A DNA stretch of 64,000 nt from contig OZ024742.1 in assembly GCA_964016885.1 (NCBI GenBank), positions 273,978,001 through 274,042,000 of the forward strand, given 5' to 3'. How positions within the stretch are numbered: the stretch's first letter is position 1; the number at the start of each line of letters is the position of its first letter. This DNA comes from Eledone cirrhosa (Eukaryota). Below the pieces are notes generated by a model that was given only the letters and a program-made list of their open reading frames with translations, was not told where the DNA came from and made no database searches. Both the position numbers and the translations under genes were made by a program. Positions 52,691-64,000 of this stretch are shown here, piece after piece.

Positions 52691-53040
52691 AAAAAGACAA
52701 TGTTTGCAGAGAAGATACGGATGAATTACAATGGAACATTTATTTCACCCACAAATGGCTTATTATTTTTATTAGAATATAACACGTATGTTCAAATGGG
52801 CTCGCACTAACCCGCAGCACATTATTCCATAATACATATAGTTATATTTGTAATATATATATTATTCATGTGACAAAGAGAAATAAACACACAAACGCGC
52901 ACACAAATACATGTAAACATTATCTAAAATAGGTCTCACTAAGATTCATATGTACTAATATGCTGAAAACGATTAATTAAACTGATTATCTGAGAAATGC
53001 AGCAACGTTTCATTGTGACGCTATATCCCTTCTTATCACT

Positions 53041-53046
<6 letters not shown>

Positions 53047-53110
<64 letters not shown>
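53047..53110. repeat. (CT)n microsatellite
   Basis: Direct reading. Confidence 0.95.
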
Positions 53111-53117
<7 letters not shown>

Positions 53118-53189
53118 GCTCTTACTACCTTTACCGCTCACTCGCTATCACTCTCTTAGTCACATCAGTAATTACACAACGACCTCAAC

Positions 53190-54860
53190 CAACAAGTTCT
53201 CAAGGGAGATACACATATAGCAGAATGGTTGACATTAGCACAAACAATACTGGTCCCCAAGAACAGAGACACCCACTTGGCAAAAAACTACCGACCCATT
53301 GCATGCCAGATTCTGATGTATAAGATGTATACAGCCTGCCTGAGAAATATCTCCAAGATCACTGTGAAAATGACATTATGACATATGAACAAGCAGCATG
53401 AAAGAAAGGCGTTTGGGTGTGTGCTGAACAACTCCTAATCAAGAAAACTGTTGTCAGAGGTGCGACAACTCAGGAGGAATACCGTTACAGACTGTATCGA
53501 CTACAGGAAGCATTTGATTCTATTCGCCACTATTGGATGATAGATACACACGACTTGCTAAAGTCCCTAACACTAGTATTAGAACCATAGAAAAGTTATA
53601 TTTTCTCTTGGTCTATTATCGTAAAGTTGAAAACAGAGAAGGAAGTCTCTATGTACACTGATAAAATAGAGTATCACAGGGGTGTATTTCAGGAATACTG
53701 TCTCTCTGAACTATCATGTATCCTGTCAGTAAACACCTTGTCATTTCTGATCAAGAAATGTGAAGGATACATGATTGGCTCAGTGGACGACAAAACTACA
53801 AACTTAGCCAATAATTTATTGTGGATGAAACCAATGCCAAGAATATAAATGTGACGAAGAGAAATCTTGACCTGGCTACAACGTTGCCAAAAGGATTCGG
53901 AATGGAGTTTCTCCAGGATAAATCTTTATATACGGTTTTAAAACGGGGAAAAACTACAAGCTAATCTAGCAATATTTTGTCATTGGCCTAACTCTCTCAC
54001 CAAAATCTGACGAAGACTGCTACAGATACATATGGATTGATGAAAATATATCCTATGATGCGCAACCAGAGAATATTACACCCGATTAAGAAAATTATGA
54101 TCATCTGTAATCTTTGCGCACAATAAAACAGTGGCTCACAATGTGTTTGCTGTGCATGTCCTAATACCAACATTTGAAATATTCGATTGGACGATAGATG
54201 ACTCCGAGAGATTGATGTTAAAACATGGAAAATCCTAAACAACATCGGAAACTTCTACATCAACAGTGACATAGATCGCATCTACTTCAAACGGAAGCAG
54301 GGAGGCAAAGGCCTAACGTCTGTCTAGACAGGATTTGAGTTTCGCATCATATGCCCTCGAAGGCATCTACGAAACTCTTAGCGTAGGAGCACATCTATTT
54401 AGCAAGTATGTCTGTGTGCGATTGATAAGAGATTTGGGAAGGGATTCCTTGAAAGATACTCCCTACATAATAAGGAAAACATACACATACATAATATGAA
54501 AGAGTACTATTGGAAGGTTCCAGTCAAAACCGCAATTAGTTGCAAGCATAACAGACCAGATATAATTATATGGGGCATTAAAAAAGAAGGCATGCACACT
54601 AGTGGAATTTAGCTGCCCTGCAGATGCCAATATATAAGGAGAATATGTATGCATAACTAATCAGGAATCTGAAGATACTCCACTCTCGCTATACCTTCAG
54701 TTTTATACCTGTGATTATTGGGCACCGGAACATGTCAGTAACTGCCTCAGTACAAATCTTGAGAATCTGGGCTTCACAGAAACAGAAAGAACAGGACTAG
54801 TTAGGAATTTACAAGTACAATCCATTAATCGAACAGTAAAATTAAGTAAAACATTTAACT
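53190..54860 (+). mobile_element. Old R4/Dong-like RLE LINE remnant
   Basis: KNYRP, EQLLIKK, IDYR, RGVFQ, DIDRIYFKRKQGGKGL, HNRPDII, VEFSCP; heavy decay. Confidence 0.75.
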
Positions 54861-57800
54861 AAAAAAAATGTACATGCAATAACTGCATGTACACATATGT
54901 AGAGATACAAAACAAGTACATGCACACATAAATAATTCAGAACATACACATCCACACTTACAATAACATACATATATGTTAAAATATGTGTCAGTAAATA
55001 CCCGACACTATTGCATGTAGAACACTCAAAGAAGTGTGCAAGTAGGACTGCTTAATCCGACTTGTTCACTTGGTGCAACTTGGTGTTGCTTCATCAAGGC
55101 ACTGATGACATATGATTAGAATGAATACAAGGGTTATAGAAGTCGCCTAAGTATTGGTCAGAGGTAGTTCCAACATACCATCCGGCCTTTGTGAATTCGT
55201 AGTGGCGCCATAGACTCAGATTTACCGTCCACTTGCTCAGGAACCAGATTATTCACAGATGATTTAGCAGTAGGTATTAACCTTAGATATCGGCTACTGT
55301 GACATATGGATCTGTCTACATCAACAACAATAACAGTCCAAGCAGTATCGACGATACCTCAGTTAAATAGAAGTAACACTCGGCTTCAGTGACCGTAGTA
55401 GTAGTAGTGGCAGTAGTGTTAATATAATAACCAGTCTTGCCAGCATGTAGTACAATACACATTAGTTGAGAATTAGTATTGACATATTGGAATGATAAAT
55501 TAGAATAGATTAAAATAAATAATATTAGGATTTTCAAACTTGATTTAATTTAATTTTATTCTATTTATTCTATTAGATGACCAATGAATAAATAAGGAAT
55601 AAACCACGAGCGAAATGTAAGAGCAATTGGTACAGAAGTAGAAACGAAAAATAGAAAAAAACAGACAAGACGAACAAAAGGTGTGCTGTGTGGAAATTAC
55701 AATAATTAGACTATGCCAACGCCCATGTTTCGCAAGATTGATTAGGTTCAGAAAATATTCCAGAGATCGGTAAAATACGCGAGACAGCAGTGATCGTCAT
55801 TGAAAATTAACACACTAAAAACCTACCCACACAATTGGGACATTAAATGGAATGAAACCTGAATGTATGAGCTTGGTTTTACCTCGTGAACTCGCTCTGA
55901 AGTGGTTAATGAGTTGTGGGCAGAGAGAATATCCCCTATTTGTCTTCACATATTCGATTCGCGTGACCAGGTTATCAGTGTCAATGCCACAAATAAGGGG
56001 TTCTATTCCACAAGAACATGGGGAATGTGAATCCAAGAATAGTTATAATCTAATAGTGAATTTGAAAATGTTTCCTTTTCAAGTTTCTTTCACTGGGTTG
56101 ATAGAAAGTTTCAGCTGCTAGACATCTGTGAAAGTTAGAAATCTAAAGATATTTCAAAATGAAAGACTAAGATTTAGATATTATTCGTTGAGTATTAGTA
56201 AAATCGATGAATATTAAACCAGAACAAGTCCACATGAACAAGTCCACATACACGAACAAGTTCACATATATATACATATGGATAACAATATTGTCTAAAT
56301 ATTTATTCAGATAATACGTTACAAGTCGTATATCTGTATATTTATCATTTTAGTGGTGCGAGTGTATAGCTTTAGGGAGTGACTGATCCATTCTCTAACA
56401 TTTCTTATAATGTATTTTCGAGGCATTAATCTTTGTGTGATATAAATTCATCTAGATATAATACAGTGGGTGAAATGTAGTAATGCAACATAGAAGATAC
56501 TGTGAAGAAGTGTAAATAAATGAAGCTATTACTGCATATGCTAACAGATGTTACAACTCCCAGTACCCTAATGCTATTACAGAATATTTATGTATGTGTG
56601 TGTTTGCACACATGTTATTATCATTCGAAATTTGGATGCACGTTCTGATAAAATCATTTGTTCCACTTGGAAAAGGATTTAGGACTATCACAATACAGGG
56701 CTTGTTTGTACAATTTGTATATACATAGGACAGTCTTCGTGCTGGAAACACATGATCAAGTACTTAACCAACCTTCACGTTTCCTTCCACGCAATCGTAA
56801 TGTATGAAAGTCTACATAATTGACGTTTTGCTTGCTATTTCTACAAGCGTTTTCTAATAATGCGCTGCGTATATTTCGTGGGCGTGACGTCATCAAATTT
56901 GTCACAAGTTAATGTATGCAACAATTTATCCACCCGGACCAACAGAAAACCTTATCTGTTCCGTTTAATGCATGCATCCGACAATTTAGACGTATATCTG
57001 TCTGCCTACCAACTTAACGTAATGGTAGGCAAAGGAAATATAATTTTTGTCGTGAATGTATTTGCAAAATAAAGAATATATAAGCTGTGACAATGACTTC
57101 ACTATCTAGTGCAAAGTCACCTGCATGATACAAGCAATGAAATGTCTGACTAAAGGCTCACTAGAACAAAATGAACGGTTTATTTGGTTGAGCCATGAAA
57201 TTTACAGCACACGAACAGGACGAATTCCTCCAATGGCTAACACACAATTTACCCCGTTTAAATATTATTCAAAATGAATTGATATATCGACGAATACACT
57301 ATGGTAAATTTGCCAAGAACCTAACTCCGTCACATGTTTCACATATTGGTTGTATGTGCATGTCTGATATATATTCCAGAAATTATTAAAGTTAAAAATC
57401 CGCACCCTGAGAATATTGCTGTAAGTAATAAAATAGTTTGATGAAGTATGTGTCTACGTTTTATCAACGTGTACTCTGTTTCCGCATTGAAATGTCATTA
57501 CAGATTCAAAAACTAAAGATAAACAAAAATTAAAAAGATAACGTCAACAAATTTGAGAAAAAAATGACTAGTTATTTTTACCATCACTTTGGAAAAATCA
57601 TTAACAGATGCAACATAATATTTGTTTTCATAAATATTCACCAACTATTATGTTGTTTGTCTTTGTTTTATTTTTAGTGATTGTGTTTAGCCTTAGAAAG
57701 AATAGTAAATTATCAATTTAATAAGATCGATAGTCATAGCTATTTTCATGGAGCTAGTCTTTAAGTTACCGAAGCCATCAACAAACTCGTTTATTCGTCG

Positions 57801-59771
57801 GCAGAAAATATTTCGCTAGGCAGACAGAAATAGAAAACGAAAATATATGCGGCCGCCATTTTGACAAATTGTTCATTTCTATGGCTATATTGCATTTGTC
57901 CGGCCATTATTAATGCCTGTCGATTGTATTTGCAAGTATTCATCACATAATTGTTTTCTCCTTCCTTACATCTGCAGACATCGTGTCGTCGCCTAATCTA
58001 AATGCCATGCCCTTCTATGCAAGCCAATATACATTAGAAACTTCCATGTTCTCTTTATTAATTCTTTACACGGATAATCTTGAGTTTATAAACTATTACA
58101 CATATATACACGCATACATACAAATATACATAGGGTATAGATACAGAAAACTTCAGGCACTTCTACAGAAAACGAAACGTGCGCGCACACACACAGACAA
58201 ATATACACATATAGGTATTTAGGATTCTATGCATTATGTATGTATGTATGCATGTATGCATGTATGCATATATCTATGTACCCACGAATGTATATAAGTA
58301 CGTATAACAAAAGAAAGAGAAAGAGCATCATGAAGAAAGTAATAGAGATAGTGGAAAACGGAGAGAAAACGCGGCAGACGTATTTATATGGGAAAAGGAA
58401 AGAAATCACGAACACCAAATTTTTCTGTTTGTGTGAATATGTATCATTTACATGTATACAGTAATATGGAAACAGATTTAGGATAACCTAACAGATAATG
58501 TGATACAATTATTTATATATTTCATATGAAGGAGATTTGATGTAATTATGTTGCAATTATGTGTGGTTATTATACCAAGATAACTCTTATTATACTATTT
58601 ATGTAGATGGACATTTGTCTGCTATATGAAATTAAATATTGTATTGAAGGATGTAAAATATTTTCTCTTTCTTACGGTATCGTCAAGCGTGATTGTTGAT
58701 TGATGCTCAGATCAGACTCCTTGTTTACATTTAACCAATGGGTACCTATTCCGCTACTTCCAACACGTAAGTTTGTGGATTACCACGCATCTCAAATTCA
58801 AATTATTTTTTACATTCTAGTATATGTGTATATTGTTAAGTATGTGTCTATTTTCAGAAATACAAACCACAGAAAATTAAAACATATATTAGTTTTTGAG
58901 ACTGTGATGGACATCTGTTATACTAGATTATTATCGGCACATTATGAAAAAATTGTTTGAGTCAGATTCGAGATAAATTGACACCCCCAATAGAAAACAT
59001 GAGATCCGTGTGATTTTTATGTTTCCTTAACACTAAGAATTTACCGCCAATCCTAATTAAAGGAGCCCTTAATGAACTATCTACGTGGACATTTGTTCTG
59101 CTACAAATTACAACCATGTTCCAATCAAAACACATCATTAGGCGGTATAGTCCAATATACTGTCTGCGAGAAAAAAAGGTAAATACATCATGGAGAACGA
59201 AAGAATGTTCATTGATCATCAGTTCGGGTAACGACCGGCGTGTTAGCTAACCAGAAATACAAACCACAGAAAATTACAATATGTCATGAGCCGAGATATG
59301 TGATTATATAGGCAACCAGTCATGCGAAACAGAGAACTCTGAAGAACGTATTTTGTTCCTAGATATTTGAAAAGGAATTTAATTTTTTTTTTTCCTGTTA
59401 GAAATTTCTGCCAAAAGAATGGCAAATAGGGTAATCACTCTGATTTTGTTATTTCCATCAACAAACGATCTGAAATACCTAAATATAAATGAAATGGTCA
59501 TTTAATACAGTTAATCTCTAAAATCATGAGAGGAAATGCCAACATGCTTTCTGGTTGTCTAATGTCTACTGCGTATATTTTCCTTTCTTTCTGTTCTTTG
59601 ACATCGTTTTGTTCCGGTTGTGTTCATGTGTATAGGTATATTATGTATGTATTATATATGTTCTGTTTCAATTTGTCAATAATTAGTTCTGAGGTGGAAT
59701 ATATCTTGTATACAATTCAGGCCTTATGCAGGGCAAAATACGCACGCACATACGCTCTCTCTCACACACAA

Positions 59772-59867
<96 letters not shown>

Positions 59868-59899
59868 GTATATAACGCACTCGAGCATACATTGAAGGG

Positions 59900-61680
59900 T
59901 TTCTGCGATGCATCAAATTACAGGTGCACTTTCAAATCGTACCAACGGCTCTTAATGCCGCAGTCCACCTCCTTTGCCTGGACAGGCGAGCATTCCCATT
60001 GGATGCCGTCACCCGGACAGTTCAGCACACTGGATGCCGTAACTCAGTGTACCGATTGAACTTTTACCACCTCCCCAAACGGAGTAACATCACACGTGTC
60101 GACCTCGTCACTCTCGATTCCCTCGATAACAGCCATGAAATTGTCATCAAACCGGAGGACAAGGGAGGCGCCGTGGTGGTATGGCACGCTGACCTTTACA
60201 TGAACGACGCCCTAATACCGCTCCGCAACCCCAGCTTCTAACACCCCCTACAATCCGACCACACCCGCACTGCCAGCAACAATATTCCTCTACCATCCAA
60301 CACCTCGTCTCCATATCCATCCTACCTCCCACCGCCTAAACCCTCATCGTCCAGACACCCCACAGCCCTACGATCCACTTCCTCCCGGACACTCCGTCGT
60401 CTCCTTCTGCCTTCCTCGAAACCATCCTCACCCTCCTTGAAACCGTCCCCCTCCCACATCCCTGACATTATCCACGCTCTCCGGGAATGGGCACCAACTA
60501 CGGCCACATTTCCGTTGGCCACGTTGAAGCCCAATTCTTTGCCTAATACACTGACTCTCACCCGACTATACGGCCGTTATATTGATGACTGTATCGGTGC
60601 CACCACACTCACGCGAGAACAGCTCGACTCCTTTTTTCTCATTCCTCTGCTCCTTCCATCCCACCCTCGACAACACCACATCTGTTCACTTCTTAGACAT
60701 CACCGTCACCATCAACCCTTACATGCCTCAGTCATCTCCTCCGCCTTCTTTAACCCCAACAACTCCCACTCTTACCCCGACTTCACCTCCTCCCATCTCA
60801 CCTACACTAAACAGTCCATTCCCTACTTCCAACCTTTCCGAATCTGCTGCTTTTGCAGCCGAAATGGTGACTTTGAAACCCAGATTTGTATAATCACTTT
60901 ATCTAATCCCCTTATGTAATCGGCCATTTCACTCGGAGAGGTTACCCCACTCCCTTGTCCGCATTGCCCTCACCTGCGCCCACACCATCCACCTGGCCAC
61001 CACCCTAACTCCACACCCTTGCCCCTAACCCTAACCCTAACCCTAACCCTAACCCTAACCCAATATTTCCGATTCTCCATCACCTAACAACCTGCCTCCC
61101 TTTACCTCCAACGTACTATCCTACAGCTCTTCCAACGCCTCCAGTCGGATCACTCCATCACCCCGTCTTCCCACTCCCAAACCTCCCCTCCTTTAAGCGC
61201 GCATGCAAACTCGAGAAACTCCTTGTCCGCAACTCACCCCCCTTCCACCAATTCCTCCCCGAGATCCCTCTACTGCTCCCGACACAGTTGGCACACCTGC
61301 CCTCATATCACCAACATCACCACCTTCCCAGGGCCTAAGAGCCACTTCCTCTATGTACGGCACTCCTTCCGCTGCATTTCCTCCAACCTTACCTACGGAC
61401 TCTACTGCATGCCATGCAGAGTGATCCCTGTCGGGCAGACGGGAGGGTGATTGGCTGACTGGTTCACCAAACACATCCACAAGATTTGCGTCGGGTCCCG
61501 TTCACCCGTCGCCTGGCATTTCTACTCCACCGGCAACATCCACTGGCCATCTTCCAGCTGCGGTCGTATTGTGTGCTCCGGAAACCCGGATTCACGACTG
61601 AGGGTTGAGCAACACACCATTTTCCGGCTTCAGCATTAGACCGCCACCGGTTGGGACTCACCACCCATAATTTTTAGATC
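59900..61680 (+). mobile_element. Degenerate Penelope-like element (Neptune-like)
   Basis: IVIKPEDKGGAVVVW, YGRYIDDCIG, FLDITV, KQSIPYFQ; GIY-YIG region FRCISSNLTYGLYC..C...VGQTG. Confidence 0.8.
61023..61061 (-). repeat. Interstitial telomeric repeat (TTAGGG) x6.5
   Basis: (ccctaa)6ccc on the + strand. Confidence 0.9.
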
Positions 61681-62474
61681 CTTACCCCCACCTACACCAC
61701 TAATCCTCTAATGGATCACTATCTACACCACCCACTACTAACTTAACTAACCACCCCACCACGCCACATCTTCACTCCACCTCAGCACAAACTTGAGCAC
61801 ACACACATAACGTATAAACCTAATTTTCCTTCATCTCATTGTGTGGCCACTGACCCACCTCCTCTACTAATATCCTAAACATCCTCCTATTTCACCACTC
61901 ACCATCAGCTATCTTTCTCCTACCTCCCCCTTCGACTTCTACACCCTGCTAACGTGACTAACCTCAGCACCCAACCACACTTTCATACTTTCTACCCATC
62001 TTTTGGTCAGCTGACCTGCCAACCCCACTAACACAATTAACATTCCCCACATCAACACTCACCCACATTTCTTAACCACCTTCACCCCAACCCCACCCTT
62101 AACCTACCCCTACACCCACTAATCCACTAATGGCCTACTACACCCGCACCCAGTTCTACTATTGCACACTTTGTTAGGTCCATTTCATGTGTACACTACA
62201 CACAAACATACACGCACATATAGAATCAAACAGATATACACACTCAGTATGTATGTGGACATACCAGTATGTATATATATATATATAATGAGAGAGAGAG
62301 AGAATGTCGTACACATCGAAAATACCTACATCTAAAACCACTGGGTTATGTACACACTAACACATACATGTATACACACATACACACGCAACTCACATTT
62401 TTATACCACTTCCACACACCTGCCTGTATACACACCCGGTGACACTCCTCCACGGACGCGGCTTTATATATACA

Positions 62475-63665
62475 CTAGCAGATTTACCCGGGGTTGCTCG
62501 GGGTTTGAAATTATGCTAAGAATATACAGCTAGGCAGTAACATTATTTGTCCCAACCTGTCAAAATAAGCAGAAGTCTTCAATAATTAATGCAAACGAAT
62601 ATTTATTGCAATCTTTGTACACATAAAACTATGCTGATAATGAAGGAAAACACTGAACAGGATGTAGTTATACAAATGATTAAAGACAATACACGTTGCA
62701 AATGTGTAAAAAAACCAGGCAGTTTTGCTAAAGTAGAAAATGTTGTAATGAAAGCAGAGTTGTATACAAACAAAAAAACAATGAGAGTATAATAAGAGAA
62801 AATCTATTCTTTGAGAGCATCCTTTGCTGGGTATGGTTAAATTTTTAACTTATAATCCAAAATATCCTGCATGACATATTCATTGGTATATTTTGTAATG
62901 AGTAAGGTGAAGTGAAGGCAGAGCTGTAATAAGTTGTTTGTTAACACTAAAGCACTTCAGGATAGACGATATTCTCTGTTTTTTTTCTTTTCGGAACAAA
63001 CGCAAAGAGATTATCTCGACTGTCAACTCGTGAGCAGGCAACGTAGAATTGTGCATGCGAAAATCAAGGTTCATCCAAGTGAATTCCAGTGACGGACAGA
63101 ATTTGACCTTGCGACTTATTTATGGACATCGCAAAGACAACATGAAGGGGAAATTGGCTTTGGCGAAAGGAGAAGGGAGTATCCACGCCTGATGTAGTCA
63201 GGCTAATTTTTGTTATTATCACATCCTCACCTTTTCCACATCCGGATAGAATGGTAGCGTCAACACTAAGTGGAGACAGTTTTTTAACCACAAGGCGTGT
63301 ACCATTGCATAGCTTTGGAGGAGTGATATTTCTCAGCAAAATAACTGGCGTTCCCTCTTTCAGAACCAATGTATTAGGAGGTAAACCAATTTCAGAAATG
63401 TTGGTTATCTCCCTTTTTTTATAAGGATTGTCAATAATGTTTGTTATCTCCCTTACATCAATTTTTCTACGGATAATTTTGATATCGATTTTTTTATTGC
63501 TCAACGTGGGTCGATTTGAAAAATGTTTGTGATGTGACAAAATTAGCGACCTGTGCAACGTACACAGAAACTTTGGTCAAATTCGGTTGGTAATTGTGAA
63601 AGCCTTATGCATGCACATTTGTACACAGACACACACACACATCCTCGCTTTTATATATATAAAGA
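62475..63665 (-). mobile_element. Non-autonomous Helitron retaining a PIF1-like helicase fragment
   Basis: 5' TCTTTATATATATAAAAG; 3' hairpin plus CTAG; A|T target; GLPPNTLVLKEGTPVILLRNI..LCNGTRL...FAMSINKSQGQ. Confidence 0.88.
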
Positions 63666-64000
63666 TATACACGCTTCCGCACACACACAATTATAGAAGC
63701 CACAGTTACCACTACAAATCATTTATTATTTACTACTATTTCCTTCTCCCGCCTCCTCTGCCTCTCTGATCAATTCCCACACACAATACCTCTTTCATCT
63801 TACTTGCTTCTACCACTATCCCTTACCTCTTCCGGTATGCGTGCGCCACCATTTCTCTACTACTTCACTACTACCACTTCGCTTCCGCTTTCCGCTACTC
63901 TCTAACTTTCAGCCTTGACCATCGGCACACACACACACTCACACAGCAGCACATATACAGAAATATACACTCTCACAGACATGAACACCATTCCTAAACA

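Noticed and set aside
55095-55150. CTGATGA motif
   Set aside because: No GAAA, stem III or stem I partner
55815-56121. Overlapping 73- and 89-aa ORFs in unique sequence
   Set aside because: No recognisable domain or convincing splice boundaries

Overview
AT-rich, microsatellite-dense animal DNA, most likely a cephalopod (Octopus-like), judged from the SINE/LINE repertoire (inference). No intact cellular gene is recognisable. The window is a nested graveyard of retroelements: Tx1/L1-clade LINEs, R4/Dong LINEs, RTE LINEs, Penelope-like elements (PLEs) and tRNA-SINEs, plus a maT/Tc1-mariner remnant and two non-autonomous Helitrons. Most sit in (TA)n or (ATT)n tracts. The ORF track misses an RNA layer: about 18 hammerhead ribozyme (HHR) motifs, intact or decayed. 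The standout is 46581-47705, a non-coding array of ~320-bp tandem units plus one inverted unit. Each unit carries an extended type I hammerhead with a compensatory U3-A8 core, making it a candidate retrozyme predicted to release 321- and 319-nt monomers that may circularise. Other notable items are long-stem-II and GUAA hammerhead variants, an HDV-like ribozyme candidate on a bipartite RTE, a SINE whose 3' tail resembles the Tx1 LINE, and a PLE whose poly-Asn linker acted as a landing pad for other elements. All folds and alignments were done by eye.
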